Assembly: GCF_964194155.1 (NCBI RefSeq)
Contig: NC_135891.1
Coordinates: forward strand, 104,966,001 to 105,030,000
Source: Cetorhinus maximus
Lineage: Eukaryota
Reading direction: 5' to 3'
DNA: 64,000 bases
Part shown: positions 39,675 through 51,400 of the stretch, piece after piece
How the letters are laid out: each line of letters begins with the position of its first letter
How positions within the stretch are numbered: position 1 is the stretch's first letter
Translations under genes and position numbers: made by a program
The notes under the pieces: generated by a model
Databases searched by the model: none
What the model was told of the DNA's origin: nothing
The model's input: the letters and a program-made list of their open reading frames with translations, nothing else

Positions 39675-40998
39675 AAGGCACAGGACCCCTTATCCAGTGT
39701 TCCAAAAACTGGAAGGACCCAAACACCAGCTGCGCTTGGTGGTGGCATCATGTGTAGCAATCTAAAAATGGCGCACAAATGTCTTTGAGCTCCCACTCGA
39801 TTTGGTGGCACCACACAGTTTGAACACTGTTCGAACAAGTGTCTCTCTGCGATCCAAGTCTTTGCTTGGATCATGTCGAAGAAGCCCTGTGGCTGGTGGG
39901 AGCTTGAAGAGGAAACATTTGCCACTGAGTATTAAGCAGAAAGTGGAGTTACTAGTGCGCCTAGAGAGGGGCGCCTCCTTGGTAATTGTGCTGCACACCC
40001 AGATTCAGAACTCCTCATCAGGGACAATGTTTTGGGGATTTATTTGTCCCCCAGCTGCATGTCCCTCATCCAGCCTGTGGATCCAGGCATTCTGCGGGCA
40101 TTGAAGGCTGAATTCATACGCAAAATGCTCACTGCATGCTAAAGAAGCTTGGGGTTTAATGAATTCCAAAAAGAATTCAAGGTGAAAAATGCACTCTGGA
40201 CTGCTGCAAAGGCTTGGGCCATGTAACCCAAGATATTTTGATAAATGAATGGTACAGATTGTGGCCAGTTACCATATTCCTAAATGGTGATGGTGAAAAT
40301 TAGCCTGTTTCAGTGGTTTGCATGGGTCTGAGGAAGAAAAGGTTGTTGCAGATTTATTGGCACATGCGGAAGGCTTGCCATGTGCTGAAGCCAAACTGTC
40401 GGATGAAGGAGTTGTCGGGGATTGCCTGAATATTCACGATGATGCTCCAGTTCACCTCCAGCTCACAGATGGTGGAATTTGCGACATGGTCATGAATAAG
40501 AATAAAGAGAATGAGATTGATAACGATGAAGATGAAAATGGTGTGTTGGATGAACGGGGGAAAGTGTCCACTGACAGGTGCTTAAGTATTGCAGAGGAAT
40601 TGATTCACGGGATAGAGTAGAACAGCTTCATTACAGAACAGCATGTTGCATGGGTCTACAAAAGACATGAGGTGTTCCTGAAACACCTGCATACTTGAAG
40701 CAATTTAAGCTGCAGGTCATGTTTCAAAGTAGTACGACTGAGCCTGAACCTTCAACTTCCGCAGCCTGTTCTTGTACAGCAACTGACTCTTCTCCAGTGG
40801 AGATGTGAAATAATTAAAAATAAAAAGTGAAAAAATAAAATAATAAAACAGTAAAAGAAAATAAAAGCCTTTTTAGTTTTTATTTCTCAATCTTTTTTAA
40901 TGTTTTATAACTGAATGCGCAGGACCCCAAATCCGTAAAGTCCCCGAATATGCAACACGTCAGGTCCCAAGTGTCCCAGATGCTGGGTCCGATACCTG
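39675..40998 (+). mobile_element. Tigger/pogo-family DNA transposon, internally deleted
   Basis: N-terminal HTH-psq LKRKHLPLSIKQKVELLVRLERGAS (about 39903-39980) is joined directly to decayed DDE_1 C-terminal motifs (SLIQPVDPGILRALK; ALWTAAKAW; WYRLWP) and an acidic tail (40318-40620). The right end is ...CCGATACCTG|TA. The left TIR is degenerate (AAGGCACAGGACCC vs CAGGTATCGGACCC). Confidence 0.8.
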
Positions 40999-41928
40999 TA
41001 GTAGTAAAATATGTTGTAGGGTGTCACTTTGTGCCACATACGGTGTAGATTTAATTTATGAAAGATATGATAAAGCTCTAAATAAATTTAAGGAGGGTGA
41101 AGTAAAAAATGCTGGAGCTATTCAGGAGGTACTTAGATGATTTGATGGGGAGAACATTGGTTTCTACAGGAGAATGAGTTAGATGAACTGAATGTCCTCC
41201 CTCAACTGTAATTATCTTTATTATTGTGACCAATGTGAGCAGAACATTATATTCTGTTCTGTACATTAACCAGCTGTAGCCCTGTTAATTAAACCAACCT
41301 CTACTGTATCCGGGACTTGCCTTCCTTTGCCTACTGTTCCCATTTTTACTCGGTGCTTTAACTCACCTTTGACTTCTTCCACTGGTTCTCAGTTACCTTT
41401 TACAGGTCATTACCAGTGACCTTTCCCATTCACCAGGATCAGTTAAGGCACAGTAGATGAACAGTGGTCATCTTTGTCCAGCAATTCCTATTGTTCCTTG
41501 AGGATATTCTTAATCATAAAATGTAAAACAACCCAATAATTCACTGAAAGTCACCATTAAGCGAATTCTGTACACAAGAAACTAAATCTTCGTTAAAAGA
41601 AAATCAACTTCAAATAAGTTTCAATAATTGTGTTATAGTTGGAAGTCTGGCTTTAGTTTTCACTGTTACTTTTTGTGAAGTGTTATAGGAAGTTGTGTGG
41701 CATATTGACTATGAAAAAGATACTTAAACAGTAGTTAGGAGCAGCCTAGTGGGTCTGCCCTTTTCCAAAAGGCTATCCAATGGATATGTCAATGTTTACT
41801 CTCGTACAAGACCTTTAAGTGTCATTTCATCATGTTTTGTATAATGTCAGGGAGAATCTAATCATTTAAAAACAGAAAGGTCTATTCTCAGACCAATTAT
41901 TCAGTCCAGGCAACCAAGTTTCAGAGGA

Positions 41929-42182
41929 AAACAAAACAAAAACAGAATTACCTGGAAAAACTCAGCAAGTCTGGCAGCATCGGCGGAGAAGAAATCAGTC
42001 AACGTTTCGAGCCTCCATGGCCCTTCGGCAGAACTGCCGAAGGGCCATGGAGGCTCGAAACGTTGACTGATTTCTTCTCCGCCGATGCTGCCAGACTTGC
42101 TGAGTTTTTCCAGGTAATTCTGTTTTTGTTTTGTTTTGGATTTCCAGCATCCGCAGTGGCTTTTAGCTTTTTGTTTTTATCT
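41929..42182. mobile_element. Fold-back Penelope-like terminal element: perfect 104-bp inverted repeat with hammerhead motif and 14-bp TSD
   Basis: Arms 41928-42031 and 42034-42137 are exact reverse complements with a 2-nt AA loop. TSD CAAGTTTCAGAGGA at 41915-41928 and 42183-42196. Motif CTGCCGA-A-GGGCC ATGGA GGCTC-GAAA-CGTT at 42034-42064. Confidence 0.85.
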
Positions 42183-43034
42183 CAAGTTTCAGAGGATCTG
42201 ACTTTAGATATCATAAGCTGATTAATAACTCTTTGAAAGACGATACATCTGTGCTGCTGAGGAAGGGGATAAGTCAGCTAGTTAGAGCGTGGGCTGTAAT
42301 ATGAAGGAGTATAATCTGATTACATATAAGGCTAGGCAGAAATTTCAGGGCTGTAACTTCCTGTAGATGTTACCTGTGTTTAATCAACTCCTTCAAGAGT
42401 TTGAGTGGGTTAAGTAAATTCCACGCTGGTCAAACCTTACATGTCACAGAATGGAAACAACTGAATGACCTTTGCTCTCTTACTATTTCCTTATAGTTAT
42501 ACACATTTTCCTGAATGCGCTGTGCATTTCAATTCAGGATGTTTTGTTCTATTCCCACAGCACATTAAAAAAAAGTCATTGATTAATGGTGAAGTCTTAC
42601 TATGTAGCAGTGATTCCACTGAGACATTTAAACGATATCATGTAGACTTTAACAAAAAACTCTGCTCTTGTACAAACTTCTGTCACCTTTCACCATTGAC
42701 AGCAATATTCCCAAATCAGTAGTAGCCCATCAGTTTCATGGATCTGCCTTTCCAACCAGGAAGCTGATTAGGAGACATTCTACTCTCCAGGGTGTTTTGA
42801 TCATAGTTGGCAGAGCAGATGGTCACTTTAAATGGAGTGTCAGAATTATTAAAGCTTACTGTGGACTTTTATTCAACATTCACTGGTCTCCTTTAGTTAC
42901 CAGACATTTTAACTTGAAATTGTTTCCAGAAGGAGACATACACAGCTGCAGGTGCTTTACAAATTTACTCTCATCTGAAGCATCAAGTCACCAATTTTCC
43001 AACACAGGATTATTCTTCATTCGTTTCCATCAAG

Positions 43035-44220
43035 CGGGAGAGAGAAAGAATGAGTGTTTCAGGTCCGTGGCCTTTCTTCCAGTAATGGTCAGTTCGTCAG
43101 TTCTGACGGAAAGTCATCAACCTGAAAGGTTGGGAGGAATTTGGACCTAAAACAACAGGCAGGTCTGGGTCAGGTCGGGGTTAAAGTCCGAGAAACCTGA
43201 TTCCCCAAACCCAACTCCAACCTGCCCATTTCCAGCTTTAACCGAAACGGGAAGGTGGGTGGGCAGCCAACCCACACTGTGGAGGCAGGTATGAACTTCA
43301 GCAAGCCTCACTACCATTCAGGTTTGTGACTTTATCTGTGGTCAGCCAGGTTTCCCGAGCATCAGGGAACCCAGCAGCTTCACTGAGGTGAGAACTTAGT
43401 GGATTTAGGAGGTGAATGCCTTTACATCAAGCTCCCGGATCCAAGCCTCTGTAACTGGGCACCTCACTCCAGCCCCACCCACTGATCTTCCACTCTGTGG
43501 CCTCCAAACCCACCATGAGGCCTCTGACCTTCCCCTCTCCATCCACATAAGCCCCTGCTCCCCTCCCACTATGAAGCCTCCGACCCCCACCCAACCCCCC
43601 ACCGCGATTAGGCCTTTGATTTTTTTCTTATTCATTCTTGGGGTGTGGGCATCATTGGCAAGGCCAGCATTTGTTGCCCATCCCTGCTTGCCCCAATTTC
43701 TCCCCCCTCCCCCCAACCTGCTCAGGACTGTGATTACAACCAACGCAAAGTCTTCAAATTCATTCCTCCTTCAAGCCCCCTGACCTCCCCCTATCCCAGA
43801 GGATTGTCAGCCCCTCCCTCCCCGATCAACCCTCCATCCTCTAGATCAACCCCCTTCAATCAACCTCCACCTTCCCTCAGCCCTCAGCGTGGACTTAGCT
43901 GCTGCTGCAGCCTTAACCGCCCAGCTCCCCGCCAAACCGGAGGTCAAGCCTGCCAATCAGGTTGGGCCTCTGGAAGGGGAACCGATCCGTGAAATCACTG
44001 ACGTGCCATGGAGTGAAAATTCCACAGCGTGTGGGGGAACCTTGAATTGTGGATTTCGCATGACTGTCTGACCATCTTGTTCCCTGCCAGTCAGTCAAAT
44101 AAAAATTTCCCCCATTAGCTCGGTTTCTCTTTCCACAGATGCTGCCTGACCTGCTGAATTATTCTAGCATGCTCTAGATTTTATTTCAGATTTTCAGCAT
44201 CTGCGGTATTTCACCTTTGG
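43035..44220. mobile_element. Degenerate hammerhead-bearing Penelope-like terminal element interrupted by a MITE
   Basis: CTGACGGAAAGTCATCAACCTGAAAGGTT|[MITE]|ATTAGCTCGGTTTCTCTTTCCACAGATGCTGCCTGACCTGCTG... reconstitutes the family sequence. Confidence 0.65.
43132..44113. mobile_element. Harbinger-type non-autonomous element (about 980 bp) containing a SINE/LINE tail fragment
   Basis: Termini GGGAGGAATTTG and reverse complement GGGGGAAATTTT; flanks GTT/ATT; tail fragment at about 43620-43695. Confidence 0.65.
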
Positions 44221-44404
44221 TATTCCCACCTGTCTGATGGCTGGTTTATTCAACTCATTACCAGGTCCGAAACAGAATAATTCAGACCCAGAAGGTCCGA
44301 GGTTCTAACTCCAGTGTGTCCGAATAAAGCTATGCTGCCCTTTACAATACTTGGCACGACAATCACACTCAACAACTCTGGACTAGGGTGAACAGCAACA
44401 AGAG

Positions 44405-44480
44405 CAAGGGCAATTAGGGATGGGCAATAAATGCTGGTCTAGCCAGCGATGCCCACATCCCATGAACGAATAAAAAAAAA
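44405..44480 (+). mobile_element. SINE/LINE 3' tail with poly(A)
   Basis: GGGCAATTAGGGATGGGCAATAAATGCTGGTCTAGCCAGCGATGCCCACATCCCATGAACGAATAAAAAAAAA. Confidence 0.8.
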
Positions 44481-44489
44481 CTTACATTT

Positions 44490-45000
44490 AGAATGTAGAA
44501 GCATTATCAGACAAAAATTGACACAAAGCCAAAGGAAGAGATGTTAGGATGAGTGACTAAAAGCTTTTCAAAGTGTTATGTTTTAAGGAAGACCTTAAAG
44601 GCGGGAACGCAGTAAGCTTTAGGGAGGAAATTCTAGGATTTAGGGCCTAGGTGCTGAAGGTCCAACTGTCAATGATGGTGTGAAAACAGTGGAGGATATG
44701 TAAGAGGCTAGGGTTGGAGGAATACAGGTTTCTCAGGTGGTGACAGGGCTGACAGAGATAAGCAATGATGTCATGAGGGATTTGAATACGAGGTTAAGAA
44801 TTAAAAATTTAAGGCAGTGGGGGATCGGGCTTCAGTATAGGTCAGTTAATACTTTCGTAAATGGTGAACGAGAATCCAAACCAGTAGAGTTTTGAATGAG
44901 CTTGGAGGCCAGCTAGAAGAATATTTGAATAGTCAGATCTGGAGATGATAGATGCAGGGGTGAGCGTTTCAGCAGCAAATGATCTGAGTCAGGGGTGCGG
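44490..45000 (-). mobile_element. L2-type LINE 3' fragment
   Basis: Similar to 62235-62650 (GCCA..GAAGAGATGTTA.GAT...CCTTAAAGG...TTTAGGGAGG...TTTAGG.CCTAGG). The L2 label is from recollection. Confidence 0.55.
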
Positions 45001-45096
45001 ATGAACAAAGGGAAAAACTCAGCTAGAGTTGCCACTCTGGATCACTACCCAATGGCAGTGAGTTCATCAAGTGAGGACAGGGTTGACATCATCTGA

Positions 45097-45291
45097 ATAA
45101 ATGCAAAATACCACAGTTGCTGGAAATCTGAAATAAAAACAGAAAATGCTGGAAAAAAACTCAGCAGACCTTGGCAGCATCTGTGGAGAGAGAAAAACAG
45201 AGTTAATGTTTTGAGCCCGTATGCCTCTAGAGTCATGTTTCTCTGTCCACGGATGCTGCCAGATCTGCTGAGCTTTTCCAGCATTTTCTTC
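45097..45291. mobile_element. Fold-back Penelope-like terminal element with 13-bp TSD
   Basis: TSD TGACATCATCTGA at 45084-45096 and 45292-45304; imperfect arms GAAAATGCTGGAAAA..CTCAGCAGA..TGGCAGCATC.GTGGA and their reverse complement; centre deleted. Confidence 0.75.
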
Positions 45292-45589
45292 TGACATCAT
45301 CTGAGATGTGTCCCATGGGAGAATAGCTTGGCTATATTCACTGTCCAAAGTGACACATGAAGAACGGAGATTTGAGTGAGGCACCTGAGGGCAGCTGTGG
45401 AGTAGTAAGTACATCAGTAGCAGCCGATGTCGACAGTAGAGGAGGAGAGAAAATTGCAGGAAGAAAAATTCCATCACAATATTAGAGAGAACTATCTCAG
45501 AAGAGGGTTGAGATTCCTGCTTTAAGATTCTGGCAGCCGTTTCCGCTAGGTTTCTTCACCGCAATGCGCTCACAATCGACCAAATCAGT

Positions 45590-46190
45590 GCAAAAGATCA
45601 CAGAATTTCAAGGGAAAATTATGTCCATGCAAATCGGGTTTCCATGGTCTTTTGTGCCAGTTTTAAAAACATTGCGCTACAAGTTGGCCCTGTCCAAAAT
45701 GCTGACCTTGCCCCAGGTTAAACTGAGCACTATTGCGAGTTTCTGCTAATTGCATGCCTTCAAGGAGGCTCTACAAATTAAGCTTTTTTTTTGGGAGTTA
45801 GCGGATGTTTTAAAAGCTTTTGACTTTTTAAAATTTGCTAAGGAGGTGACAAGTTCAAACCCATATAACTAGCGAATCGATCTGCATATCTTTTTTTAAA
45901 GTAATTGTCAGTTATTTGAAACTGGGTCATTCACAAGTGTTGGATTGGACACTGATTAAGAATGCTTAATTTTTGTGATAGAATATTTTAAGCTGTATTA
46001 ATCGTACTGTGCCAGGTTACCATTCTTAAATATATCAAGGAATATTATTGAAAGGTTCATTTAAAAAAAATTACAGTCTAAAATACAGCCTGAGTGCACT
46101 GATTCATGACATATTTTGCGTTCAGTGATATGCAAATGAGTTTGAGTGGAAACTAATGCAAATTTGGGTGACATTTGTGCCCAGATTGTT
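45590..46190 (+). repeat. Unclassified dispersed repeat, second copy of 25990-26605
   Basis: Shared sequence blocks in inverted orientation. Confidence 0.65.
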
Positions 46191-47105
46191 GATTGCACCC
46201 AAAGCAGAAGCTCTAACCCATTACCAATAGAAGGAGATGGTGATCAAGTTTCACAATGTATACAATGTAGTCCCCATGAATCCATAATGGTCAATGAACT
46301 CATGTGCAGTGGATTTTCAGTCCTGAAAATGCATAATGCATTTGGGCCAGCTATGCAGCAGAAAAAAAAATGTTTGTTTTGGCATTTCAAAAGCTCCAGT
46401 GTTATTTCTCTGCAAACCAGTTGCCTTAAAATCCATTTTTTTCCCCACAAATCAAAGAGCACAATGAGTTACACCAGTAATTCAGTGCAATACGATTGTC
46501 AGTGCAGACTGGAACTCCACAGATTTGTTGTATTTGTATGTTTTGATGTCCTTAATTCAGACTGACGGTGATATTGCAATATTACATTTAGTGTTCTTTC
46601 CATTTTTGAAAGAGGTTTGACATTCCCTTAGTGGCTCCAAAGCACTAGGCATCTGATGACATGAAATGCCAGCAAGATTGGCAGCTTGAATTGTTGTCGC
46701 TCGTCTTTACCGTACAGCATGGATACGCTATTTATAATAAGGAGCCTTGTAAAGTGGTGAGCAATTATCTGAGTATTATGGTTCACAAAAATTGCTGGTT
46801 GCTTATCAAACTTGGCTCTCTTACATTATCTGCACATAAAACAATAATGGCAGATTGCACACAAATAAAAATGACTGACTACCTTACTACTGAACACTTT
46901 TGCATCATTTTTCAAGGGCAATAATAAGCTTTTGATTGGCTTTTAGTCATGTTAGCATTTGCCCAATTTGTTAAGTATTTGCCCAATTTGTTAACTGTTC
47001 TGCTAAGTGCACTTTAATGGGAATGATTCATGAGGCTATTTCATTTACTGCAGTATTTTGGAAAGGGGTTTTCATCAGCCACAGTGGCATCGATTTGGAC
47101 ATTTA

Positions 47106-47950
47106 TGGCTGGATTTTTGCCATGGGATGTGGATCTGTTTCTGGGTCAGAAACCCGCCCCTGGTGGGAAACATAAAAATTATGGATTTTCATGTGGGGAT
47201 GCCCTTCATTCATATGGAGACAGGTTTCCTGTCCACTTAGAGCCAGTGGGGGCATGAACGGAAGCGGATTAGACGAAGAGTCCCAAGGCAGCTATCACTG
47301 AGGCTGCTGGTTGTCCTGAGAGTGAGATCTGTGGTCTATGCCAAAACTTCCCACTTCACCAGAAAGAAGCAAGATGTCACAAGGGAGCCGGAGGCCGGGT
47401 ACCCGGGACAGCGCAGACCCTTGCTTCATTGGTGCTGACTTGGATCTACTTCTGGAGGCAGTGACAGGGAGGAAGGAGGTCCTCTTCCCAAAGGGTGGTG
47501 GAGGAGACAATGTCATCGAGCAGCAGGGGCACCTCTCTGCTCAATGTCATCTCCCTCTGCCTCCTCTCTCACCTCCTGTCCCTGCTCCTCCCCACATGAC
47601 CCGTCTCTTTCCAGGGCCTCACTGCCTTCAGCCCCACACCGCTCTGGAAGGCCCTGTCCTGGAGAACGCAGCAGACCAGCACAATGAGTGAGACCCTGGC
47701 AGGAGGGCATTCGAAGGTGCCACCCAGCTTTCCAACACTGGCACTGCATCTTCAGAAGCCTGTTAGCCTGCTCAATTGCTGTGCTACTGAGTAGGTGACA
47801 TTGGTTGTATCTCCTTATTGCCTCTGTCTGGAGGATCCCACAGAGGGGTGAGTAGCCATCCCTTCATGGATGTTCTGATGCATTTTACTGGTGCTCGACC
47901 TCAGCAATGCCAACTGAGTGGGATACAGTGAGAGACGCATAGGTAGCTTC
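47106..47950 (+). mobile_element. Decayed Harbinger-derived fragment with Myb/SANT N-terminus
   Basis: PCFIGADLDLLLEAVTGRKEVLFP (about 47418-47490) resembles exon 1 of the other Myb/SANT genes; TIR-like TGGCTGGATTTT at 47106. Boundaries are uncertain. Confidence 0.55.
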
Positions 47951-50900
47951 CAGGGGTAGAGTGGAGGATGCAGTGCCAAGAAGGGGTGAGATAGGGTTGA
48001 CAGTGGCTTACAGCATTTTCACGGAGTCAAGAGGAGCATTCCTGCTCCATCTAGCTCCACAGAAAATATATTTAAAAATAATTTTTGCCCATTTCCTGAC
48101 ACATTGTGTAGCATACACATCACAAGCACTGTCCATATTTTCCTTAAATTTGCAATTGGGGTCCTAATTGTGCCATGTGGACTCCAATCTGCATGGGACA
48201 GAGAATAATTGTTTGTCTCAGGCAGGTACTTCACGCTACACAGCGGCAGGCCCCTTTGAAAGTTGCACTGTGCTAATTGTCAGGGTTAATGGGACAGTAA
48301 GGCTACCGACCTCACTTTTAGGTCAATAATTCCAAAATGGACTGCAGTGACTTTTTGAAATGTGATTGCCATTAATGTTCATTTGTCCATCACAACTTGG
48401 CTGAAGATATACATGATGTTAAAAAAAATTACATTTTTCCCACATGGCATTTCCAGATGCACTGAATTTTATTCAAGGAAACAGACTCAAATATTTGGTC
48501 TTTAGACTTGCCCTCTGCTATTCATGAGAATAGTACAAAAATTGCCTTTAACAGTATTCACAGGGAAAGAACCAAAGCAAGAAAGAAAGAGCAAATGATC
48601 AAATCTTATCACATCTTGAAGCGTATCATGTAAAAGGATTACTTGGAAGTTCTGCGACTGTTTTTATGTAGACAAACACCTTTGCAGTCTTCTCTCACCA
48701 CCAACCACCACCTTCCACTCCTCAGCCTCCAAAGAAGATACACATACAGTAGAAGATATTTTGATATTTAGTCAATGCCTGGTTACCATTCAGATTCTAT
48801 ACTGAAAGTCTCCCACTATTTCATCCATTCAGTGCCTTATGTTATAGTCAGACTGTAATAATACTACAGTCTCAAACCCTGGATATGCAATGCATCTCCT
48901 GAAGCATTTGAGATGCTGCCTAGACCATTTAGCTAAGGAAAGTCTAATGTTTAGTTATTTATAGCAACATGTGTAGCACCAGAAAAGTTGAGTGATGACA
49001 GTATATGCACAACCATCCTGACTGTTCACCTCAACTGGCTAGTTCTCAATTCCATACACTTCCTCTTTCACTAGATGCAGTGCTCAGAATCTTGTAACTG
49101 TAGCACTTCCCCCCCTGAATTCTGTCATTCTGATATTATCCCCAATCTCTAAAGAAATATTCTGTCTGAAGAGTGCTCTCTTTTGCTCAAGAACACGGAA
49201 GAACGTTGTTATTTGCAAAGAAAGGAATCTCTAACTATTATTATAGCAGGATCTTTAAGGACTTTATAAGTTGAGTCTATAGACTTCTTTTTAACTCCAT
49301 TACAGACATTGCCATTGTGTGTCTTAATTTCCTTATAGATTTGCTCTGGAAATCATTACATTTTATGCTTTGATTCAAATTTGAATGTTCCTGATTGAAT
49401 CTTTACCTGTCCCCCAACTGATTATTAGTGGTTTATTGCTAGCCTATTCCATTTGCCCCAAGTCTGTTGGGTTTCCTCTAGTGTAATATCTACTCAATAG
49501 ATATCTGGAAGCCAAGATATTTTTTCAGCCCTAGCACTTCATCCTATCCCTCCAGTTTTATGTATCATTTGACATATCAAAAATGCATAATTCATAGTTT
49601 ATATTCTCGATTGTATCACACGCAGGATTCTTGTAAGCTACAAATGTCTCTAGGCTGCCTATATGAATAGTTCCTGTTAAATTGAACTTCAGACATACCT
49701 TTTAATGTCATAGAGCTTGATCATCAAGATGGACTTTATACCTTTAGACACAAATTAATTCCATGTTATTTTGGATACGTACATAATTCCTGTTTTGATC
49801 CTACTTTTATGGGTTACAGCATTCAACAGGACTTACTAGTTACGCTTTAACATTCCACTTTGTTGGTAATTGTTTGGTAATCCTAAATATTGCTTCACCA
49901 CACTCTTAATTTACACTATTCCCTATTTCCCCTCTGTTCTGGAGTGTCTTTCCATTCCAGAAGGGGCAATTAGGAAAACAGTAAAATGAGACATTCCAAA
50001 AGCTTGGAGTAATGCTCATATAATCATTTATTTTAAACTGTGAAATATAGCAAAGGTCTAAGGCCCATACTGTAGAACACTACAACCTATATTTCCATTA
50101 GGGCAACATGATCAGAAAGTCAGATAAGGATTCAATTAACAGGGACATCAAAATTGGAATCAGAGCACAAAACATAGGTCTTAAAAAAGTGGATTTTGGT
50201 AGGATTTGAAAGAGACATTCATGAGGTGGCATGAATGGGATCCTTTACAACTGAATTGAAGCAGTAGATGCTGCCATCTTTGTGTGGAAGATGCATATTG
50301 TTCAGGCATTGGAGTGGTCAAGACAATGTTTCCCATGTTAGTTTGGCATGGATGTGTCTTTCAGTTGGCCATTGGTTGATTCACTCACTCTTCAGGCTGT
50401 CATTGCTTGTCTGGCTGATCTCTCTTCTGCCCTGGATGCTGTCCACCTGCAAAGCCTCCATGGTGAGACAAATGATGCAACACAGAGTTGTGCAGCATAT
50501 AAGTCCAGGTTTTAACTGGACAATTATTAACAGAACATCTGTAGACTGATCCGGGCATTCAAAAAATATCTACAGAATTCCAATTGTTTATATGATCACA
50601 GCCTGCTGGCAGAATGGACTTAGTTATAGCATTGTTCAGCTGGTGTCCTTAGAAAGCACACAGGTATCATCTGCCTTGGCTATAGAGGGGAGCCTTGATT
50701 CTTCAGGATCTATCCTGTGACTTGACTTTCCAGATAAAAGAAGGCTGGTACAGCAGACGGTTTTAAAATGAAGGCATTATGGCAGTTCCTTAAAATGGGG
50801 AATTCAATTGTATGATGCTCTGCGGCTGATCACGAATGAGCTGAGCATTGAGAGAGTGGAATTCTTGCCTTCTGATGTAAGTGATGGCATTGATCAAGGG

Positions 50901-51039
50901 AATTTATATGACTGTGTGAGTGAAAGCTATGATTTCTTGCTCCTCAGGGACGCCTGCTACTGTAAAATTGAATGTTCTGTCATACTGCTGCCAGTTGCTT
51001 TATCTCATGCAATCATTACATCTGTGACTTCCTTTAAGT

Positions 51040-51400
51040 AAGAAAGAAAAGAAGACTTGCATTTATACAGCGCCCTTTATGACCTCAGCATTTTACAGTC
51101 AATTGACTACTCTTGATGTGCAGTCACTGTTGTGAGAAACACAGCAGTCAATCTGCACATAGCAAGATCTCAACTCCCCTGATCTTCTTTAAACCTCAGA
51201 TTTTCCATCCGCCTGAGAGAGCAGATGGGACCTTGGTTTAAGATCTCATCTGACAGGCAGCATCTTCAACACTGCAGCGCTTCCTTGGTACTACACTGTA
51301 GTGTCAGCCTAGATTTTTGTGCTTAAGTCTCTGGAATGGGACTTGAGCCCACAATCTTTCATTCAGGGATGACAGTGCTACCTCGGTCACAGCTGACACC
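51040..51400 (-). mobile_element. tRNA-headed Deu-domain SINE (SacSINE1/AmnSINE-like)
   Basis: Minus strand: GGGCTCAAGTCCCATTCCAGAGACTTAAGCACAAAAATCTAGGCTGACAC (B-box region), GATGAGATCTTAAACCAAGGTCCCATCTGCTCTCTCAGGCGGATGG (Deu-like core as recalled), tail ATAAATGCAAGTCTTCTTTTCTTTCTT. Confidence 0.7.

Noticed and set aside
42668-43150. 160-aa ORF in mostly unique sequence
   Set aside because: Non-ATG start, no recognisable domain or splice context, and its 3' end runs into repeats.
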